Shown here: positions 47,628 to 58,013 of the stretch, piece after piece | Position numbering within the stretch: the first letter of the stretch is position 1 | Layout: every line of letters begins with the position of its first letter | Assembly: GCA_963777605.1 (NCBI GenBank) | Contig: CAVZRV010000008.1 | Span: 192,001 to 256,000 of the forward strand | DNA from: an uncultured Acidobacteriota bacterium | Lineage (GTDB): Bacteria > Acidobacteriota > UBA6911 > RPQK01 > JAPXNP01 | Direction of reading: 5' to 3' | Length of the DNA stretch: 64,000 bases | The notes under the pieces: model-generated | Told to the model about the DNA's origin: nothing | Seen by the model: the letters and a program-made list of their open reading frames with translations, nothing else | Databases searched by the model: none | Program-made: the position numbers and the translations under genes

Positions 47628-50600
47628 ATGGAAAACATTATGGGCAGGACGTCTGCCCGGGAGGCATCTCAGTTGAGAAGAACGCCCGAAATCGCGTCGG
47701 GAGAAGTGCTTGCTTCCGCTTTGGAGTGCGTTGAAGAACTCGAGCGGGCTATCTGCGGCGAGTCTGGGGTGGGGAGTCCCGCCTATGCGTTGGGACGGTC
47801 ACTTTCCGGACTCAGGTCGGCGGGTATCCGCACTGCGGAATGCCGGTGTCCAAATGGCCCCTCGAAGCCGACTCCCGTAGTCATTCACAGTCCGTCGTTC
47901 GCTGGCGTCGCGGAAGATGCCGGCTTGGTCCTCGTATCCGGATCGCACCAGGCGGCTCTCGAAAACTGCATCGTGGCCAGGAGGGTGGCCCAAACCCTGG
48001 GTATTCGTGTCGAGCACGTCATCGCACCCGGGACGGCTGACACCTTGGGTCTCGCTCGACTTCCAGAAACTGGGCAACTCGACAAACTCCTTGCCGAGTC
48101 CGGCGCCGATCCCTCACCGTCGGGCGATTTGGCCGCGGCGGTTGCTGCCGCGTTTGAAACGGTTCGAAGCATCGTGGGGAGCCGCACCTCGGCAGTCCGG
48201 TGCTCGGGCACGACGGACTCTCCGGTCTGTGTTGTAAGCCTGGGTGCCGGCAGTGCCTACTGCGATGAACTGGCTGAACTCCCGGGTGTTTCGATTCGCG
48301 CGATCACGGTAAACCAGTGTCGGCCGTTTCCGGCTGAAGATCTCAAGACTGCTCTTAAAGGTGCGGAGTCCGTGATTTTTGTCGCGGCGGAGGAGTCTCC
48401 TCTCCACCTCTGGTTTTCCAACGAGTTGAATGAACTGGGCGTTACTCCGGTGAAGACGGTGTTGCTTGAAGATCTTCCCGGTTCGGCTGAGGGCTTGGCT
48501 GGACTGCTTTCGGAGAAGCTTCCGCAGGAGCAACGCAAAGCTTTGGCGGCGGCACCGGCCAAGAGGGAAGTTCCCTCCCTGGCGATTGCAGTGCATCCAT
48601 CGGGATCCCGGGCCCGCAAGATCCTCCTGAGGACCGGCGCGACGTTGTGGACTGCACTGGGTCTCCAACCCGGCGATCTCGCCGTTGACGGGTCACGCGG
48701 CTGGACCGCGCTGCGGGCAGGCAAAGACTCTGCGGGACGTGAACTCGATCTGGTAGTTTTGTTCGAAGACCAATTGGCGGACTCAGCCCCGGACTTCGAA
48801 ATGATCCGCCGCGGTGGCGGGGTCATTCTGGTGGCCGGACAGAACCTGGAAGCTTCTTCCTCCTGGAGGAATCTGCCCAGGTCGATACGCACCCAGATCG
48901 AGCAGGGCAACCTTCGGCTCTGGTGGATCAATGTTTCGCAGGAGAATGGTTCGGAGTGCCGGCTCTTGTCCCGGGCGCTCGTGTCTGCGATGGCCTCCGC
49001 CCAAATGATTTCGGTCACCGGCCAGAGCCCGGTTTTTTCCCTTCACCAACTGGACCCGGGTGTGCTTGATTCCAGCGCCGGTCAAGAAATCGACTTCAGG
49101 ACCGGTGCCGGGCTTCCCGGAATGGAACGGCCGCGTGAGGATGCTGAAGCGGCGACGACGCTCCTCCGCCGACTGGTGGAATTTCACCTTGCCGGCACGA
49201 AGCCGGGAGATTCCGTAGCTGCTCCCCAGGTCAGTCCCATGATTCCGGCGGCAGTTCGTGCCGAGTCTCTCGGCGAATCCCATACCGTGTTTCCGTTCTA
49301 CCTTCCCGCTCCCTCTGCGGAGGACCGGCCGAGATCACTCGCGGAGTTATTCTCGGAGGCGCTGGGCAGTTCGGCAGCCACCACCGTGCTGGGAAGAGTG
49401 TTGCCGGATGTGCTGGCTGGACTGACGTCGGAGATTCCCGATGGCGGTTCTCTTTCGATGGATCGGCTGCGCCAGGCCGTAAAGGGACTTGAGGCCCGGA
49501 TTGATGTGAGCGCTGCCGGGAAGGTACAACTCTCGGGAGAACTGAAAACGGTTGAAGAGAGCTTGCCCGCGAAAGGTTCGGTGGTCGGTGTTGATGGCGA
49601 CACCTGGGCCGGCCTCTACCATTGGAGCCTCACACGGGAGCGCAGCGCGGTGCGCAACCGGCTGCTCTTGCAGGTCGAAAGGCTTCTGAACGATCTGGAA
49701 GCGCTCCTTCTCGCTGACGACAAGCTCAAGCCGGAATCGCGCACCGCACCCGCAATTCAGTCCTCGCTCGGGTTCGAGGGGACCCTGTTCATCAATGCAG
49801 GGCGCCTCTCGGGAATCATTCCCCCTGCGCAAGGGTCCCAGGGGCTTACGCCGGAACGGCGAGAGCGGGTCGCCGGGGTTTGTGCCAGCCTTCGCCGATT
49901 CATTGAAGAGTCCGCCCAGACCCCGGACCTGTACGTTTTTCAATCGGGTTCCCTGGAACACGAACTTGCCGGAGTAGTGACGGTGAGGTCTGAAGATCCA
50001 TTCGATGCCGCCCTGGGCCTGTTCGACGGTCTGGCCGCCAAGGTTATCGAAGCCATGAAGGCGGTTCGCGTGGGGAATCTGGAACTTTCGGGGGAATTCA
50101 ATCCGGAGGTCCACCAGCGGATTCTGGAAGGCTTCACCTGGGAGGCACTGAACGAAGATGAAGTGCTCCTGCTGCCGAGCATTCTGGTCGTGGAAAAGAT
50201 TACCGGACTGCCCCGTCGGACCCTTCCCGGGTTCCATCGACTGCTTCAGTCCGGCATGCCCATTCACGTGGCGGTCCTGATCGACGGGGCCGAGTGGTCG
50301 GATGACGACCTGCTGAAGCAGTTGAGGGGTGTTCTTCCGGATCCTGGCTACCTCGGCCTGGCTCACCGTGAAGCGTTCGTGCTGCAGTCGTCGGTCTGCC
50401 GTCCCGATCACCTGCTTGCCGGCCTCGGCCGCATGATGCGGGCACCCGGTCCGGGAGTCCTGGTGCTCGAATTTGCCAGTGCCCCTTCGGATTCGGCGCG
50501 AGCCTGGTCAGGTTGGCTTGCCGCCTGGCTGTCGCGTACGGTACCTTTTTACAGCTATGACCCGTGGAAGGGCGATTCCTGGGCGGACCGCTTCTCGGTC

Positions 50601-51509
50601 GACGGCAACCTCAATCCCGAGAGCGCCTGGGTAGTCACCGAGTTCGAGTGCCAGGATGCCAATGGGTCTGAACAGTCGGTTGCAGAGTCGATCACCTTCG
50701 CCCACTTTGCGGCCCTCGACAGTCGACTCCGGAGCCAGTTCTACGTTCTTCCCCACGAAATTGAGTCCGACCGGCTAATTCCGGTTGCGGAATATCTCGA
50801 TCGCCTCGACGAACTGCCCGAAGGCGCAGTCCCCTTCATATGGGTACTGGCGGACAAAGGTGAGAAAGTTCGTCGCGCCGTCATCACCCGGGACCTGTTG
50901 GCTGGATGCCGGGATCGCTCCCGTGCGTGGAGAATTCTCCAGGAGCTGGCCGGCCTGCGCAATGTTTACGTGGAGCGGGCGGTCAACACTGCTCTGGAAG
51001 AATCAGCTCGAAGGGCGCAAGTCGAACAGGATGCCGCCGTCAAGGCAGCACGCCGGGAAGGGGCGACGGAAGCGGTCGACAAGTTGGTCTCCGCACTTTC
51101 CAACCCCGATGCGCTTGTACGCGGTGCGGCTGTTGACACAGTTGCCCGACCGGCCGTAGCAATGCCGTCCACCGAATCGACTTCGGCGGCCCCCCAGGCG
51201 GAGGAACAATCTGAGCCCGCGGCTCCGGCGGCTGAACCGGAACCGGAAGAAGAAGAGCTTTCCGCCGAGCCCTATATCGATTCCTTTTTGTGCACGAGCT
51301 GCAACGACTGCATCAACCTCAACTCACGAATGTTCGGCTACAACAGTGACCGTCAGGCGTACATCGTGGATCCGTCGCAGGGCACGTTTTCGGAACTGGT
51401 TCGGGCGGCGGAATCGTGTCCGGCGAGTTGCATTCACCCGGGACTGCCTCGTCCCGGTGACAAAACCGCGACGCCTGAGCTCGTGGAACGAGCCAAAGCT
51501 TTTCAGTAG
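47628..51509 (+). CDS. Degenerate PFOR-like protein A with C-terminal single-cluster ferredoxin domain
   Basis: Remnants of PFOR domains I-III (SGSHQAALENCIVA, NQCRPFPAEDL), a TPP-domain-like region without GDG (LLLPSILVVE...AHREAFVLQS), a Pro/Glu/Ala linker, then CTSCNDC...ESCPASCIH. Confidence 0.7.
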   Translation: MENIMGRTSAREASQLRRTPEIASGEVLASALECVEELERAICGESGVGSPAYALGRSLSGLRSAGIRTAECRCPNGPSKPTPVVIHSPSFAGVAEDAGLVLVSGSHQAALENCIVARRVAQTLGIRVEHVIAPGTADTLGLARLPETGQLDKLLAESGADPSPSGDLAAAVAAAFETVRSIVGSRTSAVRCSGTTDSPVCVVSLGAGSAYCDELAELPGVSIRAITVNQCRPFPAEDLKTALKGAESVIFVAAEESPLHLWFSNELNELGVTPVKTVLLEDLPGSAEGLAGLLSEKLPQEQRKALAAAPAKREVPSLAIAVHPSGSRARKILLRTGATLWTALGLQPGDLAVDGSRGWTALRAGKDSAGRELDLVVLFEDQLADSAPDFEMIRRGGGVILVAGQNLEASSSWRNLPRSIRTQIEQGNLRLWWINVSQENGSECRLLSRALVSAMASAQMISVTGQSPVFSLHQLDPGVLDSSAGQEIDFRTGAGLPGMERPREDAEAATTLLRRLVEFHLAGTKPGDSVAAPQVSPMIPAAVRAESLGESHTVFPFYLPAPSAEDRPRSLAELFSEALGSSAATTVLGRVLPDVLAGLTSEIPDGGSLSMDRLRQAVKGLEARIDVSAAGKVQLSGELKTVEESLPAKGSVVGVDGDTWAGLYHWSLTRERSAVRNRLLLQVERLLNDLEALLLADDKLKPESRTAPAIQSSLGFEGTLFINAGRLSGIIPPAQGSQGLTPERRERVAGVCASLRRFIEESAQTPDLYVFQSGSLEHELAGVVTVRSEDPFDAALGLFDGLAAKVIEAMKAVRVGNLELSGEFNPEVHQRILEGFTWEALNEDEVLLLPSILVVEKITGLPRRTLPGFHRLLQSGMPIHVAVLIDGAEWSDDDLLKQLRGVLPDPGYLGLAHREAFVLQSSVCRPDHLLAGLGRMMRAPGPGVLVLEFASAPSDSARAWSGWLAAWLSRTVPFYSYDPWKGDSWADRFSVDGNLNPESAWVVTEFECQDANGSEQSVAESITFAHFAALDSRLRSQFYVLPHEIESDRLIPVAEYLDRLDELPEGAVPFIWVLADKGEKVRRAVITRDLLAGCRDRSRAWRILQELAGLRNVYVERAVNTALEESARRAQVEQDAAVKAARREGATEAVDKLVSALSNPDALVRGAAVDTVARPAVAMPSTESTSAAPQAEEQSEPAAPAAEPEPEEEELSAEPYIDSFLCTSCNDCINLNSRMFGYNSDRQAYIVDPSQGTFSELVRAAESCPASCIHPGLPRPGDKTATPELVERAKAFQ

Positions 51510-51530
51510 AAAAGCCAGGAGCGAATAAAA

Positions 51531-52382
51531 GTGGAACCAGTGATTACGGCTGCAATCATTATGACCGGTCTGGGTGTGGTCTTCGCTTCCATTCTGGCCA
51601 CCGCAGACCATCTCCTCCGAGTCGAAGAAGATCCGAGGCTCGAACAGGTGGAAGGCATGCTCCCGGGAAACAACTGTGGGGCATGCGGCGAGCCCGGTTG
51701 CCAGGCTTTCGCCGGACGTCTTGTCAGGGGGGAAGTCGCTCCTGGCAAGTGTACGGTCAGCACGGAAGAAGCCCTCGTCCAGATCGCCGGGTTTCTGGGC
51801 GTTGATGTCGGCGGTGAAGAGAAGCGTGTCGCACGGCTCAAATGTGCGGGCGGAGAGGGCCTGGTTGCCGATCTGGCAGCGTACAACGGCATTTCGTCCT
51901 GCAGGGGTGCCGTCGTGGTTGACGGCGGAGGACGTGCCTGTACATGGGGCTGCCTGGGACTGGGCGACTGTGAAACCGCCTGCACATTCGATGCGATTCA
52001 CATGAACTGGGAAGGGCTTCCGCAGGTCGATCCGAATCTTTGCACTGCTTGCGGCGACTGCGTGGGCGCCTGCCCCCTCGACCTTTTCACTGTCGTCCCC
52101 ATGTCTCACAATCCGTTCGTACAGTGCAATTCACCGCTGACCGGCGAAGCCGCCCGGTCGCGCTGCCCGGTCGCCTGTGACGCTTGCGGTCGTTGTGCGG
52201 CCGACGCGCCGGCAGGAGTCATCGAGATCGTAAATGGATTGCCGGTGATTCACTACGACCGCGAGGAGAAGCCGACGCAGAGATCCACCTGGCGATGCCC
52301 GACAGGTGCCATTACGTGGATTGAGGGCGAGCAGTTTTCCGAACCTCTAGTTCAAATCAGTAGGGAGCGAATCCGTGCGTAA
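51531..52382 (+). CDS. rnfB: Rnf complex subunit B
   Basis: N-terminal TM, LPGNNCGACGEPGC...C, RLKCAGG, CTWGCLGLGDCETACTFDAI, CTACGDCVGACP, CDACGRC...RCPTGAI. Confidence 0.9.
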   Translation: MEPVITAAIIMTGLGVVFASILATADHLLRVEEDPRLEQVEGMLPGNNCGACGEPGCQAFAGRLVRGEVAPGKCTVSTEEALVQIAGFLGVDVGGEEKRVARLKCAGGEGLVADLAAYNGISSCRGAVVVDGGGRACTWGCLGLGDCETACTFDAIHMNWEGLPQVDPNLCTACGDCVGACPLDLFTVVPMSHNPFVQCNSPLTGEAARSRCPVACDACGRCAADAPAGVIEIVNGLPVIHYDREEKPTQRSTWRCPTGAITWIEGEQFSEPLVQISRERIRA

Positions 52383-55300
52383 TCTCATATCCAAACTCCG
52401 GTTCGAGCGTTTAAGAAAGTTGTTGGGTGCCGGTGCAGCCGACCAGGGGAAAAAGACCGCAAAAACGGAACTTCTGGAGGTTCAGGAAGCTGTAGCTCTG
52501 GCCGAGGCCATGATCTGCGACATGATCGCGCATTGCTCCGGAGAAGAGTCTCCGGGATTCCAGGAGACCTCCAACGGATTCTCCTCGACCAATGCTTTTG
52601 GCCGACAGGTAGTGAGCGTCGATCTTCCCGGCGTGGCTGAGGGGATTGCCGCTGGTGCCGGTATGACCATGAGTGGGCTCCGATCTTCGGTCTTTCTTCC
52701 CGGTGACCACCTTTCCGAGGGTTATGCCCAGCTCCAATCGATCGCGAGCCGCTATGTCCCTTTGGTGTTGCACGCTGCCTTTCGTGAGGGTTTTGGCCCC
52801 GGCAGCAATCATGCCGGCTACCACGGGGCCGCGGACCTGGGCCTTTTCCAGGCAATGCCCCAGACGGTCCAGCAAGCCATCGACCTCACCTTTCTGTTCC
52901 ACTGGGTTGCCGAGCGGACGTTGATCCCCGGGCTCCTGGCCTTCGACCGCCGTGTCGCCGAGATGGCCGCGTTCCCGACGATCGATTCCATTCGGGAGTT
53001 CCTCGGTGCGCCCGATGCCTCGCTCGCGGCACCCAATCCGGCGCAACTGTTGTTGTTCGGACCAGAGCGACCGGGTGTCCCCGGTTGGTTCGACGTGGAC
53101 CGGCCGGTTTCCTTCGGCTCTCTCCAGGGGTCCAACGACGCGGCCAGCGCCGCGGTCGGCAGACAGGCCTTCTTTGCCGGGCACCTGCCCGAATTGCTCG
53201 ACGAGGGCATGGAGCGGCTCTCGAAATTGACCGGTCGTCCCCTCACCTTCCTGGAACAGGACGAGGTTGATCGGGCCGATTTCGTGCTCGTCACCCAGGG
53301 CAGCTCTTACGAAACCGCTCGGGCGGCCGCCTCCTACCTGAGACAGAGCAAGGGGCTGTCGGTTGGCGTCCTCGGCTTGACCTGGCTGCGTCCCTTCCCG
53401 TCGGCCCAACTCGCCCAGGCACTGCGTGGGAAGCGGGGCATTGCCGTACTCGAGTGTTCCTCGGTGGTGCTTTCCGACCAGGGGAGCCTGATGCGGGAGG
53501 TTCGCTCGGCGGCGGGCGCCCAAAGTGGCAACGCGACCTGGATTTCGGCCAGCTTTGGGCTTCACGGCCAACCGCTTTCGGCCGGCCAGGTCGTTGATTT
53601 GACCATGGAGCTGAAGGAAAAGAAGCCGCGCTCCAAAGTCTGGCTGGGGATCGTTTCCGGGCCCTCGAAGATCGGCGACTACCCCAAGCGGGAAAGCCTG
53701 GTGAAGTCCGTAGCGAGCGATTATCCCGAACTGACCCAGAACACGATTACCGGCCACGGCGTAGAAAAGCTAAGCGCCCAGGAACTGAAGACGGTTCAGT
53801 GGGTGGGTTCCTCCAGTCTGGAACCATCCGACGTCATCCGGCAACTCGTTGATCGTTGCTCCGACGTGGCGCGCGCCAAGATCAGGGGTTTCGGCTGGTA
53901 TCCGGAACCGGGCATCCTCTCGGTTCGTGTTTCGATGGGGCCCGACGAAATTCCGATTGCCGAGGCGGGAGCAGGCGTAGACGTGCTGCTTCTGGGACGC
54001 CTCGGCCTCGACCTGATCCACAACCCTCTCGCGGATCTCGGAGCAGGCGCCACGATCGTTGTTGAATCCGACCGTGCGGCCCAGGAAGTTTGGCATCTGA
54101 TGCCCGATTTCTGGAGATCAGAGGTGCGGCGCCTGAAATTGAAAATGTACAAGGTGGAGACGGGCTTCGACCAGTTGGCGGCGGCGGCCGGCGCAATCAT
54201 CTCGGGCTCGGTGGATCTCCCGTTCCCCGAGATTGAATGGAAGAACCTGGAAGACCCAGCGGGCGACCCGGATGACGTTCCGAAGCTCGTCCGTCGGGCC
54301 GGGGACGCCGGTTCGAGTTACAGCAACCTGCCCCGGTTCTGGGGTGAGGTCATGCAGCCGAAACGGGGCGGGATTTCCGAGAATTTTCCAGATCCCCTGG
54401 TTACCGCGGACGCTGTTCCACCGTACACTGCGGCACTGGCGCGCCCGCGGGGAACGGCGCTGCCATCTATGCCGGTTCTCGACCCCGAGAAGTGTACCGG
54501 TTGCGGTCACTGCTGGCCGGTCTGCCCCGATTCCGCGATTGGTGCCACCCTGCTGAGCCTGCAGGACTACCTGGATGTGGCGGCGGATCAGACGGGGGTT
54601 GAAGGGAAAGTGGCGGCCGCCCTCAAGCGCGCCCACCGTCCCATTGCGGCCCGCGTCGCAGTGCTGATTCGCGAGCGCAACCTGAAGACGGTCCCTGAGG
54701 AAATCTGGCTGGAGGCCTTCGCATCGGTGATCGGCAAAATTTCGGTGCCGGATGGAGAAATGCCCCAGTACAAAGCCGCCTTCCAGGCGACTGCAGAGAT
54801 GGCCCACCGCCTGTCTCCGGTAGTCACCGAGCCGCTCTATTCCAAGCTGGAGTCGGAAAGCCAAAGGTAGCGGCCAGATTCTCATTTTGGCCTTTAACCC
54901 GGACGCCTGCCAGGGATGCCAGCTCTGCATCATGAGCTGTCCCGAATCGGCCCTGCTGGCGATGGACCGGGCCGGAACGGTGAAGGAGGATGCCCGGGAA
55001 GGATGGAAAGTCTGGGAGAATCTTCCGGATACTCCGGGTAACGTCATCGAGAAGGTGGAGGCCGACCTGGAACTCGGCCAGCTGGCCGCCCGTTTTCTGA
55101 GCCGCCACAGTTCCCAGGTCCAAGCCGTCGGGAGTTTCGGCGAGCCCGGTTCGGGCGAACGGCTGGCCTGCCGGATTGTGAGTGGAATCGTCGAGTCCCA
55201 GCTCCAGAAACGGCTCGCCGACCAGGCGGCCGAAGCATCGAAACTGGCCGGCCAGTTGCGGGACCAGGTGCAGGGACAATTGGCGAAAGGTCTCACCGAG

Positions 55301-56683
55301 GCCGACCCGAAAGCAATCCAGTCGGCACTCGAGAGCCTGCCTCGCCACCGGGTGAGCCTGAGCGACCTGAGCGAACGCCTCTCCTCGTTTGGAAAGGCGG
55401 TCTCTCTCGATCCCGTCAAGACTCTTCGACTCGCGCAGACCGCGCATGACCTCGAAACGGAAGCCTGGCAGTTGACCGAAGGGCCCAACCGGCTGGGCCG
55501 TTCGCGGTTCAGCGTGGTTATCGTCAGCCATCGAATCGCCCGTTGGGCGGGCCGGTTCCCCAACCATCCCTACAACGCGCCCCTGGTCGTTGAACCTTCT
55601 CCGGAAGGCGCAGGTCTCGCGGTGGGGCTGGCCGAGGCGGCTGCACTGAAGCATGTCGACCGGGTCCGTACCTATCGTCGTGCGAACCTCTACCTGGAGA
55701 ATCCTTCGGATCTTCCGGGGCGGCTCGTCGACCTGGAAAACCTGACCTGGAGTGATCTGACCGCTGAAGAGCGGGCTACTTGCCCGCCGCTGCTCGTGTT
55801 TGCCGATGAGAGTGCCTTGAGGCGGCAGGGCCTTGGAGCCCTGGGCAGCCTGCTTTCGAGCAAGATCCCCGTAAAACTCATTCTCCTCGACACCCGTTTC
55901 GTGAATCTGGCAACCCCGGAACCGGCCCTGTTTGGTCTCGGTTTCCCGGGGGCCTTCGTTCTCAGTGGTTCACTTGGAGCGCTGGTACACCTCGAGAACA
56001 ACCTTGAAGAGGCCATCAAATTCTCCGGTCCGGCCGTGATCCACATTCACGTTCCGATTCCGCAGGAACAGGGTTTCGAACCCTCCAAGACGATTGAGAG
56101 AGCGCGGTTGGCCGTGCAGGCCAGGGTTCAGCCGCTGTTCGTCTTCAATCCCGCAGCAGAAGGTGCGTTCGGTCTTCGGGTCTCTGTCGAAGGCAATCCC
56201 GGGATAGATTCTCCCTGGGGCGGTTGCGATCCGATCCAGTGGGCCTTCGAAGAGGAACGGTTCAAACCGTTCTTCGTTCCCCTGTCCGAGGATGTCCCAT
56301 CCACCGACTGGAGGGAATATGTTGGACTGGCGGAAGAAGATCGCCGGGACACGGTACCTTCCTACGAGGATGCTGGCGGCAACACCTGGAAGATCGACCG
56401 TCGGCTGGCGGCGTTCGCCGAACGTCGAAGTTCGATTTGGGAGATCTACCAGGAAATCGGAGGCATCGCCAGTCCTCACCTGGATCGGCTTCGCTCGGAA
56501 GTCGAGCAGGAAGTCACGGACCAGAGCCGGGCGGAGTTCGAGGAAACGAAGGCGGGATACGAAGCGCGCATCAGCCAACTGGAACAGGAATCCGATACCA
56601 GGCTCGCCGGACAATTGCGAGAGCGTCTCCTGGTTCTGGCCGGGTTCGGCTCCAAAACCCATACGGATGACACTAATGAGTAG
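52375..56683 (+). CDS. Degenerate full-length PFOR-like protein B (about 1435 aa) with two CxxCxxCxxxCP motifs; split by a 1-nt frameshift at AAA 54863-54865
   Basis: PFOR domain order is visible (SGLRSSVF, YVPLVLH, TVQQAIDL, TWLRPFP, SFGL); CTGCGHCWPVCP at 54493 and CQGCQLCIMSCP at 54908; removing one A gives a continuous ESQGSGQILILAFNPDAC. Confidence 0.75.
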
Positions 56684-58013
56684 CGCAGTAACTGCTGAGA
56701 CAGCAACCAAGACTTTCCGTCACGGGGTTCACCCGCCGGAGAGAAAGGACTCGACTGAAGGCCGCCCGATTGAACGGGTTCCCTTCGGGAAGGAGTTCAC
56801 GCTTCCGCTCTCCCAACACATCGGTGCGCCTTCGGTTGCAATCGTGAAGCCGGGTCAGCGCGTGGTCCGGGGGGAGACGATCGCCAATCCGGGCGGATTC
56901 GTCTCCACCTGCCTCCACGCTCCCGTGACCGGAACGGTGACGGCGGTAGAACCCCGCCTGCACCCGAACGGAAAGATGATGCCTGCGATCGTGATCGAGG
57001 CCGATCCCTTTTCCTCTCAGAGAGTCGTTCCTCACAAGGTTCCTGCTCCTGAAGGCCTGAGCAATGGCGACCTGGTCAAGCAGGTCCAGATGTCCGGGCT
57101 GGTCGGACTCGGGGGAGCCGCCTTTCCAAGCCACGTCAAGCTCTCGCTTCCCGAGAAGCGCCGGATCGAGTTTGTGGTGATCAACGGCTGTGAGTGTGAG
57201 CCCTATCTGACCTGTGATCACCGAGTTATGGTGGAGCGCGCGGAGTTGGTCATCCGCGGCACCCAGATCATGATGAACAACCTGGGTGCCAATCGAGCCT
57301 ACATCGGGATCGAGTCAAACAAGCCGGACGCCGCCGAGGCATTGAAAGCCGTTGCCCCGTCAAACATTGAAGTCGTTGTGGTCCAGGTCAAGTATCCCCA
57401 AGGCGCCGAGAAGATGCTGATCGACGCAATTCTCGAGAAAGAGGTCCCGAGCGGGGGCATTCCCCTCGACATCGAAATTTTGACCAATAACGTCGGGACG
57501 ACGGCGGCCCTGGCCGACTGGTTTGACCGCGGCATTCCGCTTCTGGAGCGGGTAGTCACGGTAACCGGACCCGGAATCCCCTACCCGCGAAATCTGCTGG
57601 TCCCGCTCGGCACCCCAGTCTCGGCGATCGTGGACTACTGCGGCGGATTGTCCGCCGAAACCCGTCAGGTGATCATGGGTGGTCCTATGATGGGAATGGC
57701 CCAGAAGACACTGGACGTGCCGGTAATGAAGGGCACATCGGGAATTCTGGCCTTGACCGAAGTATTTCAGGCAGTCGCCCAGGAATATCCCTGCATTCGC
57801 TGTGCCCGCTGTCTCGAGGCCTGTCCCATGTTTCTTAATCCAACACGGTTGGCCCACCTCGCCAAGTTCGAGCGCGTCGATGATTTGAAGGATTATCACG
57901 TTCTCGACTGCTTCGAGTGCGCTTCCTGTTCATTTGTCTGCCCGTCGAATATCCCGCTGGTGCAGTGGATTCGGATGGGTAAGGCGGCGGTTCGAGAGGC
58001 ACAGAAGAAATGA
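56676..58013 (+). CDS. rnfC: Rnf complex subunit C
   Basis: FRHGVHPPERK, LSQHIGAP, HAPVTG, GLVGLGGAAFPSHVK, NGCECEPYLTCD, KYPQGAEK, MGGPMMG, CIRCARCLEACP, CFECASCSFVCP. Confidence 0.96.
   Translation: MSSAVTAETATKTFRHGVHPPERKDSTEGRPIERVPFGKEFTLPLSQHIGAPSVAIVKPGQRVVRGETIANPGGFVSTCLHAPVTGTVTAVEPRLHPNGKMMPAIVIEADPFSSQRVVPHKVPAPEGLSNGDLVKQVQMSGLVGLGGAAFPSHVKLSLPEKRRIEFVVINGCECEPYLTCDHRVMVERAELVIRGTQIMMNNLGANRAYIGIESNKPDAAEALKAVAPSNIEVVVVQVKYPQGAEKMLIDAILEKEVPSGGIPLDIEILTNNVGTTAALADWFDRGIPLLERVVTVTGPGIPYPRNLLVPLGTPVSAIVDYCGGLSAETRQVIMGGPMMGMAQKTLDVPVMKGTSGILALTEVFQAVAQEYPCIRCARCLEACPMFLNPTRLAHLAKFERVDDLKDYHVLDCFECASCSFVCPSNIPLVQWIRMGKAAVREAQKK

Noticed and set aside
54855-54890. Programmed ribosomal frameshift between the two halves of PFOR-like protein B
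   Set aside because: It would need a +1 shift, there is no recognisable slippery heptamer or stimulatory structure, and similar 1-nt insertions occur in unrelated genes of this window.
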